A stretch of DNA of 64,000 nucleotides from Octopus vulgaris. Taxonomy: Eukaryota. The notes below the pieces were generated by a model. The model saw nothing but the letters and a program-made list of their open reading frames with translations, did not search any database and had not been told where the DNA came from. Below are positions 47,001-61,100 of the stretch, in pieces. Positions within the stretch are counted from its first letter, which is position 1; each line of letters opens with the position of its first letter. A program made the position numbers and the translations under genes. The stretch spans positions 27,838,001 to 27,902,000 of the forward strand of contig OX597815.1 in the NCBI GenBank assembly GCA_951406725.2, written 5' to 3'.

Positions 47001-49425
47001 GTATATAAATCAAGGTGAATTCATCATTTAACTGATATTCTATAATTCTGCATTTTCATTTTTATTGTTAAGTGTACTAACATAACATGAAGCAAATGTG
47101 AACAGAAAGAATTGCAACATGGAAATAACATATTCTGGTTGCCACAGAATACCCAAATAAAAAACTGCTGTTATAGAATGTATAATGTAATTCTAGATAT
47201 GTATGTTATTAGCTCTTTTGAGTGTCAAAATAATTTATTTTTCATGATTTGAGTTCATTTCCTGTTTATGCCAACTTCACCTTTCAACATTCTGGGGTCA
47301 ATTAAATAGTATCAACTCACACAAAAATGGAATTCTGGTTTTGTACTAAAGTTAAAAATCGTTATTTGAGAATCATCATCATCATCATCATCGTTTAACG
47401 TCTGCTTTCCATGCTGGCATGGGTTGGATGGTTCAACTGGGGTCTGGGAAGCCCGAAGGCTGCACCAGGCCCAGTCTGATCTGGCAGAAATTTCTACAGC
47501 TGGATGCCCTTCCTAACGCCAACCACTCCGTGAGTGTAGTGAGTGCTTTTTATGTGCCACCGACACAGGTGCCAGACGAGGCTGGCGAACGGCCACGCTT
47601 GGATGGTGCTTTTTACGTGCTACCGGCATGGAGGCCAGTCGGTGCGGTGCTCTGCTCAAATATTAATTTATTACTTATTTATTTTATCATAGTCTTTCTT
47701 GTTGCTTCTTGTACCCCTTAATTCATGTTATTTCCTAATATTTTTGTTTTGCAGGTGACAGATATTCTTGTTACAGAAAATAAAGAATTAATTACTGGCT
47801 GCGCTGATAATGAACTTCGTTTCTGGGGACTTCAATCAAATTCTGTAAATATTCTTTTACATATTAATGTAGATCAGTTTTCTCAAACTTTTTTTTACTT
47901 GCAGCATACTTTAACCCTTTAGCATTCAAACCGGCCATATCTGGCCAAAATATTTAGCCTGTTTTATATTGAAACTGACCAGATCTCGCCTCTCACCTCA
48001 GCCCTACCATGTCATTCTAAAACTAAAAAATCACATCACTGGAATCTCTAAACTACAAGATAATGCATGATTAATTCAAACCATTTTAAATAAACAAACA
48101 ACAGATTTGACTGAATAATCTGAACACTAAAGGGTTAAACAACAAAATGCATCAAAAATTATTTTGGTGCAATTTGTACAGAAATTCAAAACATTTAAAC
48201 TGCAGAAAATTAGTGAGTACTTACAGAGTGTTTGAATAAATCTGATAATGATTCTGCAAAGAGGCTTGGAAGTACTACTATGAAAGACTGATAAATGTAG
48301 AGTCTACTTAATATGGACTCAACAGAAGGGCCAGCTATCCAAATAGACAGTAGCCTGATGAATAATGCAATTAAGGATATGAAGACAGAAAGCTTCTGGC
48401 CCATCAGAAATCACTGCTGAGATGCTTAAAGTATCTGGCAGTGTATTCTTTCTATTTTAGCATGATAGTGATTTGAGGATATTTGGCTGTTATTTCCAAT
48501 TGCTCAAGTGAGCCCTTTTTGGCCCCTATGGTTTATGTTTTTAAGTTGAGGCAAGCGACTTGGTAAAGGAGTTAGTCCAATATCTTAGCTTGGTGGTCAC
48601 TTTTATTGCTATACATATATTAGTTGTGTATTTATGTAAATATCTAAATTTGTGGACTCATCTAACCCATATTAAAATGCAAATCTTTATATATAAAAGA
48701 GAGGTTGTGTGCTGTCTGTCTCCTACGATTTTGATTCCTAACTACTCCCACATTTTGCAGTGCAGTTTAACCAAAACCGGGTATCTTATAGTCGTGATTC
48801 ATATCGAGCCCTTCTGGGTATTAGTGCGCGTCTACGATTTAAAAATAAATTTACCATCAATTTTCCCCATTTTTAATGCATTTTTGGCATATATAAAGGA
48901 AGTAACTCTCTAAAGATTTATTATTAAATTTCAGAACGTAAAAAGCTACAGTAACAGCTGCCCCCCTTTGTGGTTAGCCATATTGAGATGGCTATTATAC
49001 TTTACATCTCTAAAAATGCTTATATAGTTATTTCCCTTACAAACCCGAATAACGTCGGGCGATACTGCTAGTGTGACATATAAAACTGTTGCACAGAAGA
49101 CAGAAAAGTAAAAAGCTATCTTGATTAATAATAACTCTACTAGAGTGATAGTTTGACGATTTTCTTTCCATCCTAGGACAAACAAGATGACTCAGAAGCC
49201 CCATTGAAAAAAGCTCGAATTGAAGAAGTGAAAACAGACCAAACAGATTCAACTGAGAGTCAGCAAGAAGAGGAATTTGTAAATTATTATTATTATTATT
49301 ATTATTATTATGATCATCATTATTATTGTTAAATTAGCAGCTGAAGAATCGTTAGCAAGATGGACAATATGCTTAGTGACATTTTTTCTGGCTCTTTATG
49401 TTCTGAGTTCAAATGGTGCTGAGGC

Positions 49426-49456
<31 letters not shown>

Positions 49457-52400
49457 AAGCAACAAGACGGGTAAGGGTGATTAGGTGATGGTCTAGGGCT
49501 TAGGGGCGGGAGATCCCAGACCTTGGAAAAAAAAAAAAAACTTTGGTCGTCTTGTAGTCGAGGGCTCTTTGTTGACGTCTGACACCACTGGGAGGTGGCC
49601 CTCAAAGTCGTTGGAAATGGAGATCTCCAGGTCCAAATTCTTGGACGGCTGCTGCTGAGGCTGACTTTGCCTTTCATCCTTTTGAGGTTGATGAAATAAG
49701 TACTAGTTGAGCAAGGGGTCAATGTGATTGACTAGCCTCGTCCCGCCGAAATTTCAAGCCTTGTGCTTATACTCTTTTACTTGTTTCAGTCATTTGACTG
49801 TGGCCATGCTGGAGCACCGCCTTTAGTTGAGCAAATCGACCCCAGGGCTTATTCTTTGTAAACCTAGTACTTATTCTATCGGTCTCTTTTGCCGAACCGC
49901 TAAGTTACAGAGGACGTAAACACACTTTATTTTATCAACCCCCAAAAAATGCAAAGTGGCAAGTTGGCAGAATCATTAGCATGCCAAGCAAAATGCTCAG
50001 TGGATTCTGTTCATCTTTTTGTTTTCAGTTCAAATTCTACTGAGGTCAGTTTTGTCTTTCATCCTTTCATTGGGGTCAATAAAATAAGTATCAGTTGAGC
50101 ACTAGTGTCGATGTAATCAACTAGCCCCCTCTCCTCGAACTTGTTGGCCTTGTGCTAAAATTTGAAACTAATTTTTATTAAGGTGCCTGTGACATTTCAT
50201 CTGGCTTTATGTTCTGAGTTCAAATTCTGCCAAAGTCAGCTTTGCCTTTCGTCCTTTCTGGGTCAATAAAATTAGTAGCAGTCAAGTACTGGATCTATGT
50301 AACTGACTTCTTCCTCCCCTCAAAAACTGTTGGCTCTGTGCCAAAATTTGAAATATTACTAGGATAGTTGATTGTTTGGATCAATTGAGTATTGGGCAAA
50401 ATGCTTTGTAGTAGTTGTTCTGACAATTTACATTCTGAATTTAAATCCTTCGAGGGCCAGCTTTGCCGCTCATTCTTTTGGGATTGATAAAATAAAGTAC
50501 CGGTCAAATATTGGGGTTTTAAATTCTTTGAGGGCCAGCTTAGCTGTTCATTCTTTTGGGATTGATAAAATAAAGTGCCAGTCAAATATTGGGGTTTTAA
50601 ATTCTTCGAGGGCCAGCTTTGCTGCTCATTCTTTTGGGATTGATAAAATAAAGTGCCAGTCAAATATTGGGGTTTTAAATACTTTGAGGGCCAGCTTAGC
50701 TGTTCATTCTTTTGGGATTGATAAAATAAAGTGCCAGTCAAATATTGGGGTTTTAAATTCTTCGAGGGCCAGCTTTGCTGCTCATTCTTTTGGGATTGAT
50801 AAAATAAAGTGCCAGTCAAATATTGGGGTTTTAAATACTTTGAGGGCCAGCTTAGCTGTTCATTCTTTTGGGATTGATAAAATAAAGTACTGGTCAAATA
50901 TTGGGGTTTTAAATTCTTCGAGGGCCAGCTTAGCTGTTCATTCTTTTGGGATTGATAAAATAAAGTGCCAGTCAAATATTGGGGTTTTAAATACTTTGAG
51001 TGCCAGCTTAGCTGTTCATTCTTTTGGGATTGATAAAATAAAGTACCGGTCAAATATTGGGGTTTTAAATTCTTCGAGGGCCAGCTTAGCTGTTCATTCT
51101 TTTGGGATCGATAAAATAAAGTGCCAGTCAAATATTGGGGTTTTAAATTCTTTGAGGGCCAGCTTAGCTGTTCATTCTTTTGGGATTGATAAAATAAAGT
51201 GCCAGTCAAATATTGGGGTTTTAAATTCTTCGAGGGTCAGCTTTGCTGTTCATTCTTTTGGGATTGATAAAATAAAGTGCCAGTCAAATATTGGGGTTTT
51301 AAATTCTTCGAGGGTCAGCTTTGCTGCTCATTCTTTTGGGATTGATAAAATAAAGTGCCAGTCAAATATTGGGGTTTTAAATTCTTCGAGGGTCAGCTTT
51401 GCTGTTCATTCTTTTGGGATTGATAAAATAAAGTGCCAGTCAAATATTGGGGTTTTAAATTCTTCGAGGGTCAGCTTTGCTGCTCATTCTTTTGGGATTG
51501 ATAAAATAAGGTACCAGTCAAATATTGGGGTAAGCATGGTGAAGTGATGATGATGGTTACTTGCAATGACTATGACCATAGTAATTGTAATTAGTTTGTT
51601 CATTCATTTAGTGCTTGTTTTCTAAGCTTGCATTATTTGGATGGGGAGTTTTTTTTTTTTTTTGTGATAAGATTTTTACAGCTGAATGCTCTTCCTGTCA
51701 CTAACCCTACATGTTTGTTTAAAAGTATATGATACTTAGTACATCATCGTTTAACGTCCGCTTTCCATGCTAGCATGGGTTGGGCGATTTTGACTGAGGG
51801 CTGGCAAATCAGATTGCTGCACCATGCTCCAATCTTGATCTGGTAAAATTTCTACAGCTGGATGCCCTTCCTCCGAGAGTGTAGTGGCTGCTTTTACGTG
51901 CCACCGGCATGGGGGCCAGTCAGGTGGTATTGGCAATGACCTCACTCAAATCTTTTTACACATGTCACTGGCACAGGTGCCAGTAAGGTGACGCTGGTAA
52001 CGATCACGCTCGAATGGTGCCTTTTATGTGTCACCGGCACGGAAGCCAGTTAGCCAGTCTGGCAACGATCATGCTCGGATGGTACTCTTAGCACCCCACT
52101 AGCACGGGGCACAAGTGCCAGTAAGGCGACGCTGGTAATGATCACACTCAAATGGTGCCTTTTATGTGCCACTGGCATGGAAGCTGGTTAGTCGCTCTGT
52201 CAACGATCACACTCATATGGTGCTCTATGTACCCCGCTAGCGCTGATGCCAGTCATCGAATTTGATTTTGATGTTTGTTTAAAAGTATAGGATACCTAGT
52301 ACGATTGTACTAATTAGTACACTTTATAATTTTATCTTTTATTACCATAGTAACTGTTGTAGATGTTGCCAGATTTCACTGATGAGATTAAATAAGCTGA

Positions 52401-53346
52401 AACGTGTATATAGCTATCACTTTGCCTGCTAACAATGATCAGATTTCATAAAAATTCAATTTTCTCTGAAATAATTCTTAATTTCTTGAATTTATTCGGT
52501 CATTTCTTTGAGAGTTGTTAGCAATCAGAATTCAGTTTTTGTTTTCTCTCCTCAGTGAAGAAATAAATTTTGATTCATTTGAAATTTTTTTTGCATATAT
52601 CATTCAGTACTGCAACACGTAACTGAATTATATGCTATCATTCTCTCTTCCAGTTTCTTTTGCACATATATTGTATTGTCTTCTCAAATAAGAAAAATAA
52701 CTATACTTGCTGCAACATGGATATTGTTTATCACTTTGATTGAGCAGAGACTATTCCATCTTTCTTAGAATAGCTAGAACTACATTCCCTGTGTGCTTTT
52801 GCTTTGTCTTAAAACAGTAATATGGTATTTGAGGGAGATTTCGCTGTTATTTCTAGCAGGTTTTTAGAGAACGTATTGCTGAGATTAAATCTCAACAGCC
52901 CACTATGCATTTCTTTAGAGTTTAACCATGTTCTTTTTTTAATTTCAGATTTATCAAATCAAACGTGTCAAAATTGGTTCATTGATGCGTCAAACAAAAG
53001 AAAGATTAGTTGCCATGAAAACCAATCCTTCAAATAGAGTTCTTGTATGTCTGGTAAGGATTTCTCATTATTGGATGTAAAATTATTGTGAAGTGTTAAG
53101 TTATGGTGGACAAGAGATATTTAGCCAGGAATGTGCTGCAGTCTTTTGTCTTTTACTTGTGTTAGTTATTCGACTGTGGCAATGCTGGGGCACTGCTTTG
53201 AAGGATTTAGTCAAATGACTTGACCTCAGTACTTATTTTTAAGCCTTGGGGGCTTATTTCATTGGTCTCTTTTGCTGAATCACTAAGTTATGAGGATGTA
53301 AACAAACCCATATTGGTTGTTAGGTGGTGGTGGAAGGGTAACAAAT

Positions 53347-53384
<38 letters not shown>

Positions 53385-56300
53385 CAGGCTTCCACACAGT
53401 TTCAGTCTACCACATTTACTCACAAGGCATTGATCAGTGTAGGGCTATAGTAAAAGAAACTTGTCTCAAGTTGCCGTGTAACGGGACTGGATCATGTGGT
53501 TACAAAGCGAGTTTCTTAACCACAGATTATTCAGATATGTTCTTAAAATATATTCTAGGACCCTAATAATACTACTATGAATAGAATAGAGTATCTTCAT
53601 TGTCATATGCAATAGTGTTGTGTATTGAAATATATCATGTCTTTATAAAGCTCAAAATGTCACAAATGAAATTAATTAATAGAAAATGTAATAGGTTATA
53701 AAATATTAAAATGCACTGTTGTTCTCAGCAGCTTTTTGATTCTTGTGAGTTATTTGTTATAGAATTTTATATCATGATTTGTTAACATTAGTGTCATTGA
53801 TTACTAACAGTTCAATCATTAGTTCACAATATTTCTGGTTGAGAGAGTGATAACGGATTGGCTAACCTAATGTGTTAGTAAAGTACTGTTTTTTTCTTTG
53901 GTTTTCTCAGTGATGTTTTTTATGCTACACCAATATAAATTGACTAGCACTATGACTGGGTCATAATGCTAGTGCATGCATATACAGCTGCGTGCGTGCG
54001 CACATACACGCGAGTACTGTCCAAATCTCCAACCAATCACATACAGCTAGCTGGCATTCAATTGGCATATCAAGTTTCGGGCATTTTGATTGGGTTTTGG
54101 ATAGAAAATTCAGAAAAAAGTCACTTCTATTGATTTTTTAATGGCTTTGTGGAGTGACTGGGGAAATGTAAAGATGTGCACGACCATTCTTGGACGGTTT
54201 TGAATGACCATAGAAAGTGCTAGCCCTCTAACTGAAAAATTGTGGATTTGTATTAAGGACACACACACACAGACATTTTGCCGTTTATATATATACTAGC
54301 AGTATCGCCCGGCGTTGCTCGGGTTTGTTTCGACCCGCTGGAATTGTAATTTTGAAAAGTAAAAATTTTGTGAACATTTTTCTGGTCGAAATACACCGAA
54401 AAGTGGCGACACATCAGTGAAAAAATCGTAAAAAATAGGGATTTTCATAGAAAAAAAGCATCTTTTTGATGTAAATAATTTTTGGTGTTAACATGGTCCG
54501 ATTTGAATTTTATGTTCTACGGAAGGAAGAGCAACCCTTCTTCTACCATACTCTCAATTTTGGTCAACTTGCACCGCAGGGTCTCGGAGGAGTTAGTGTT
54601 AGTTGAAGGTTACCATTCTAGGTGCCTGAGCAACAACCTCGCGGATTTACAGATAAATGAATTAATTACTATTTTACAGAATAAAATTAAATAATTCTTG
54701 AAAATTAATTAATATTAATATTTTTTGAACAAAGTAAATAATTTTTAAAACTTAAATAATAATTTTTTTTACACAAACGCGAACGGGGAAAAGGGGGTGG
54801 CGAATTCGATTTACATACCTAAATTTTTTCTTTTTCATGACATTGTAGCAAAATAGTAGTGAATTATATAAATACCAGCAGTACATTTGTTTTTCTGGGG
54901 TATTTTTTTCAACCTCGTCACATATTTGCCCCTTTCAATTTAACCCTTTAGTGTTCAGATTATTCTATCAAACATAATGCTTAATGATTCCCATTGATTT
55001 GAATTAATCATGCATTATCTCATATCTTCAAGATCTTGATGGTGTAATTACCTAATGTAGAATAACATTGTAGGGTAGGTGTGAGAGCCTGGATCTGGTC
55101 AGTTTGAACATAAAACAGATTAAACATTTTGGCCGGATATGGCCGGTTTAAATACTAAAGGGTTAAACAAAGTCTTAATTAAGCAATTACGGCAGCTTAG
55201 CAATGGTTTCAATACAGGCGTGACATCTGTATCTCAATTGTTCAAAACCCTTCGAATTTTTTCGCACGTGATGATATCATAGTGAAAACTTTCAATTACG
55301 CGCGCTTAGAAGTACGCTCGCAAATTAATACTACCAAAATTTTGAAGTTTGCGCTCCGCTTGTGTGTGTGTGTGCGTGCTTTAGGTGTACATAGGTATGT
55401 GTTTTTGTGTGTGTGTGTCACTGAAGCCATACATACATATATACATACATAACCTCTCTCTCTCTTTTCTCTCTCAGTCACTCACTACAAAAAGTGAATA
55501 AAAAAAGTTCAGTTATTTCTGTCTTTCACTCTGTCTGTCTCTTTACACACACTAACAAAAGCACTTCACTTATACTTTCTGTGTCGCACAACCCATCAAA
55601 CACACACACACACACACACACACTCACGCACGCACACATGTACATCAATGCTTTCGGAGTGAAATGTTAAAATATTGAGTTTTCTCGAATTTTGTCTTAA
55701 TTGGGGGTGAAATTGAAAGAAATATATTATGGCATGACCGAATGGAGTACTTTGAAAAATCTTAGGTAAACTCTAATTAAAGAAATTGTGTGAGGAGTAA
55801 ATCTTTATGTATTTATTTGTTTCTGTTTGCTGTGTTTTTTTATTTTTTGAGTAGTGGTTTAAATACTTTCAGTTTAGTCTTCCTCAAATCACTCTGTCGC
55901 TATTTACTTTCATTTTATTCGTTGCACACTGTGTGTGTGCGTGTGGTGTAACCCACATTAAGAAAAGCATTTGACATACACACCAGAATGTGAGTTTTCT
56001 GTAAATTTTGCTTAATTGGAGTTTAAATTTTAAAAACTGGACCTGGCATGACCCGATGCATTCTACTCTTAAAAATGCTAGGTAAATTGTAATTGAAGAA
56101 ATCCTATATTGTAGATTTCTATAAGTTACAAAGGGAGGCAGATAAAATCTGCCTTTTATAATAAGAGATATAGAGAGAGATAAAGGTACCCTTGCATATA
56201 AATATGTATGTAAATGTATATAACTAGCTTCCATACTGTTTCCAAATTCCACTTATACAGTATTAGTTAACCTAAGGCTCTGATAGAAGATGCTAAACAA

Positions 56301-58115
56301 AAGTAGGTGCCCTACTGTGAGTTGCATGCATCGCTAAAGTTATTGTTGAATTAGTCCTTGTTTTTAGGAACCAAAATCTCAATTCTGAACACTGAATTAA
56401 ACTGGCTAATAGTAGAATAGTAAGAGTTACCAGTAAGACATAAAAAAAAGAAGTTTAAATTTGTGTGGAGATGTCTTGCAGTTTAGAAAGAATTTCAAAA
56501 TAGCAAAAAAGTGTTTTAAAGTAGCTAAATTTGAAAACATTCATGACTAATCAAATGTATGTCTTTAGTGACCTCATCAATAATGAGTTTGTCACTTAAA
56601 ACCACATTGTCTCTTGGTGGTGCTTAAATATAAACAAAGGATGGTCTGGATGGAATTAAGAGATGTTGCTACAAATAGATGAAATTCATTGTAATTAATA
56701 AAATTCGTTTCTTCAGTGAGGTTTTGAAAGGTGACATTTAACCCTCTAGCATGCAAACCGGCCATACTTGCCCAAATATTCTACTTCTTTTTTGTTCAGA
56801 CTGACCAGATGCAGCCTCTCGCATTTACTCTACAATGCCATTCTGAGACTAAAACATTTACATTATCAAAATTGTGAAGCTTTGAGATCATACATGATTA
56901 ATTCAAAACAATGTGAATAAATATGGATTACATTTGACAGAGTAATCTGAATGCTAATGGGTTAATGAAGCATATTTAACATGTAATTTCTAAAGACTTA
57001 CTCTCCTGTTTTCTTTTGGATGTTTTGTCTACTAATCCAAGAGATCCAACTTCATCTGTCAGGTGAACTATTTTTATACGTATCCATAGACGTGTACAAA
57101 GCCTTGCATAATGTGTGATGATATTTAACCCTTTCGTTACCAAACCGCCCAAAGCTGCCCGAAAAAAATTTTGGTTAATGCGACCAAACCGCCCAAACCC
57201 GCCCGTATTTACCTATTCATATTTAAATGAGAATATCAGAGCAAATCTCTTTAGTACATTCGTGAAAACACTGATTATACTTCATAAACAGTTTATCTAC
57301 AGTTTTGTACAACGATCGAAGTGTAATTTTAATTCCGTGAATTTTGGGAGATTTTTTTCCAAAATTTGTTCCTATTGTGTTTTCAAAATTTGTAATTCTG
57401 TCAAAAAATAGATACGAATTTCATTATATCAAGCAGCGAGTCAGAATTCGAAGGATTTTCTACTGAAGACCTTCATAAATCTAACTCTATGACTGAAAAA
57501 AAAAAGCACGTGGTATTTGATAATGAATCTGATGTTTCATTTTCCGAAAATGAAAACAGTGAATACGAGAGCTCCGTTAGAAATTAATTGAAACACATAA
57601 GGGGTGTATTTTGGTCAGAAATATAGTAACGAAAGGGTTAATGTTGTAATCTGTTGGAGGTGAAATTACTTTGTGTAGGAGTTGTCTTCAGTTTTATCTA
57701 GATTTTTTCATTATCTAATTATTTTTATTATGCCACACATTCTATGGTACATGTGTAAGTCCTTAACCAACCATGTTTTTAATTTGGTTTGAATTTTCAG
57801 CTTGATCTGTTTCCCTTGATATAAAATGTTAATGCTCTTAGGATAGGCTTCAGCATTACAACTTTCTATTTTAATTCTCCTGACATGTTTTGACAATATG
57901 AAAAACCATTACTTTATTATACTCTTTTACTTGCTTCAGTCATTTGACTGTGGCCATGCTGGAGCACCGCCTTTAGTCGAGCAAATCGACCCCAGGACTT
58001 ATCCTTTGTAAGCCTAGTACTTGTTCTATCGGTCTCTTTTGCCAAACCGCTAAGTTACGGGGACGTAAACATACCAGCATCGATTGTCAAGCGATGTTGT
58101 GGGGGAGCGGGAGGG

Positions 58116-58178
<63 letters not shown>

Positions 58179-61100
58179 TACGGCAGGCTTCTTTCAGTTT
58201 CCGTCTACCAAATCCACTCGCAAGGCTTTGGTTGGCCCGAGGCTATAGTAGAAGACACTTGCCCAAGGTGCCACGCAGTGGGACTGAACCCGGAACCATG
58301 TGGTTGGTAAGCAAGCTACTTACCACACAGCCACTCCTGTGCCTATATGTTATTATGTTAATTTTTAATTTGATTTTGATTTTTCCTTCTATGAATGTTC
58401 TAGAATAATGACAGCAGTCTAGAGATCTATTTAATGGCTACTAATGAAGAGTTGAAGAAATTAGAGAAGCGAAGGCTAAAAAAACGTAAAAAGAAGTAAG
58501 TACATCCTCTCATACACTCTTCTGTCTACATTATAATTCTTTCCTTTTCACTAACTACTGATACTACTATTTCTCTGTCCTTTTTCTTACTGCCTTCCCT
58601 AATTCTGTCTCTAGTTGCCTCTCCACAAATGCCCTTTCACAACAATAAACCTGTTCCTCACATCATACTTTAACTTCTCAACACTTTGTCTAAATTCACC
58701 ACCCTTTCTTCTGTTCTCCCTCTCAAATGTTGGGGAGTTTTGTTAATTACTCTAGTTTCATTAGAATGTTAAATTCCACTAAGTAAATTTTATGGTAAAT
58801 TTTAAACTTGTTTTTTTCTTTTATTTCAGAGAAGAAACAGAACCTTTAATAGCATTAAAAGATATCTTCAAGAAAATTAGCAGCTTTAAAATAACCCAAA
58901 AAGGACATAGTTTTGACTGTTTCTTGGAAAAAAATATCCTAAAGGTATAATTATTACTTTCTTTGTCATTTTAGTTTATTAGAAGTGTGATTGAAATGAA
59001 TAGCTTATGATGATATGGAAGATGTTGCAGATGATAAGGAAGATATAACTTAACTAGGCCATTGTCATCATCATTTCTACCTCCTCATCTTCCTTTTCTA
59101 TATTCTAAAATATTTGTTTTATATTGTAGAATAGAGGGAGTGTCCTGGTAGGGCAAATCACAATTAGTTTTGATTTCTAGTTGCAGCTGTTCAAAGTCTG
59201 TTTCTAAGAATGTGTTAAAGAAAAAGGCGCCAAATAAATAAATCTCTTACATGAAACCAAGTTGTTGTTTTTGTTTTATGTCATCATATTTAACCTTTTC
59301 AATACCAACCTGCCTGAAACTGCCCCTGGCTCTGTAGTACAAATGTCTTGTTCTCATAAGTTTTGAATTAAAATCTTCCACCAAACCCTAGTCATAATTT
59401 ATGTCCCTAACACTAGCTTAATGATAACTAAGTTATTTTACTGAATTCTTTATTATATTTAAAATTAATTGAAAGAAACACTGAGCATCTCAAGATAAAT
59501 ATGGTAACGAAAGGGTTAAGTAGAGATTGCTGGGTGGACAGCATACTGGATAACCCATATTCCATATCCTTTCTTCACCATACAAGATTTAAGACACTAT
59601 GTCCCAAATGGTTCAGTTCATCTGTAATAGGCATTTGTTTGCTTGCAATGTTGAGTTCTGAGGCATCCAAGATGTGAATGGAATTATAATAGAAAAGACA
59701 GTGACATAACAAAAGAAAAAAATCTTTTTCATATGTTTATTTCTGATATTAGTGCATTTTACTTTGTTTAAAATTTATATATAAATGAAACTATGTTGAA
59801 TAGGATTAGAAATATAAATGTGTTATTTTGGGAGTTGTGATAGATATTAAAGGATTAGCAAAGGGATTTATAAAATTTACATAATTAAAAAAAAATTGTA
59901 TGTTTTTCAGATTGTGTGTTTATCATCCAACAACACCCTGTCATGGTATAACATTGATATCAATAGTAGTGAACAGGGGATACCAGAAAGAGAGGTCTTA
60001 GAAACACAAGGTCACCATACTGAGATCCGGGCGCTATCTTTCAGCTCAGATAATACTGCTATCCTTTCTGCCAGTGCTGATTCAGTCAAAGTCTGGGATC
60101 GGTAATATGTTTTTTTTTTTTATTATTATAAAGCAGGTGTAAAACTTGTAGATTCAAACTGTGTCAAAAGCATTGCCTTGTATTTATAGATAAAATCCCT
60201 TAATCTATCAGAATAGCCCTCAGTCTATTAAACTATGGATGAAATAAAATACATTACTTTGATTTAGAATTCATACTTGCATAATATAAAATGTATTGGG
60301 TGTAGAATGGCATCAATTTAGAAACAAGAGTATACTTATGAGTTAACATTAATCATTTCTGTTTAATCATATATGATTCAGATAATATGTGGATAAAAAG
60401 AGAATTTTAAACCTTTTCAATGAAGTAAGTTTAAAAACAAAAAAAATTAATTTGCATAATCATCATCATCATAATTATCGTTTAACATCCGCTTTCCATG
60501 CTAGCATGGGTTGGACGATTTGACTGACGGCTAGCGAACCAGATGGCTGCACCAGGCTCCAATCTTGATCTGGCAGAGTTTCTACAGCTGGATGCCCTTC
60601 TTAACACCAACCACTCCGATAATCTATATATATAAAACTCAACTTGTGTGTTTAACTTCCCGGCACATCTAGCCAACAAATCGTAGAACCACCAAAAATG
60701 GGTCACTTAAAGTTTAGGCGAATGAAAATTGAACTGCACTATTTCTGTTCCGAAATTCATCTCGCAAGTGCAAAAATCGATAATGTGTTTGTTTAGGCCT
60801 TATTCCATGCATTGAATAGTGAACTTTACTCAGTCAGCTGTTTGACGTGAACTGTGTTCACCATGCGTGCAAGCATGCGTAAATTGCATGAAAAATAAAA
60901 AATTAAGATATAAAAATGAATCGCCGTAAACATTGTAGAAATTCGGCAAAGAAATGAATTTTCGGGATGTAGCCTGGAGGGTTTTTTCGTATTAATCGTT
61001 TGGACTTTGTGAACACAAACCAATTGTTTTCATAACATTTTTAACACTTTGAATTAAATGTGACCATTTTGCGTTGAGTCTGCAGTTTGAATCACTTTAA

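Larger units (their letters stand above)
53944..56180 (-). mobile_element. Outer Helitron, interrupted in its 5' (TA)n by the inner Helitron
   Basis: 3' CTAG with palindrome ctagcactatgactgggtcataatgctag; 5' TC end resumes at 56169-56180. Confidence 0.65.

Noticed and set aside
50295-51547. 391-aa and 304-aa repeat ORFs as genes, or the array as CRISPR
   Set aside because: The units are near-identical with no unique spacers, derive from a SINE, and lie in a WDR3 intron. The open frames follow from the 78-bp period.
59000-59060. C/D snoRNA candidates from TGATGA motifs (also near 12200 and in (GAT)n tails)
   Set aside because: No matching box D or terminal stem. Most such motifs are retroposon tails.
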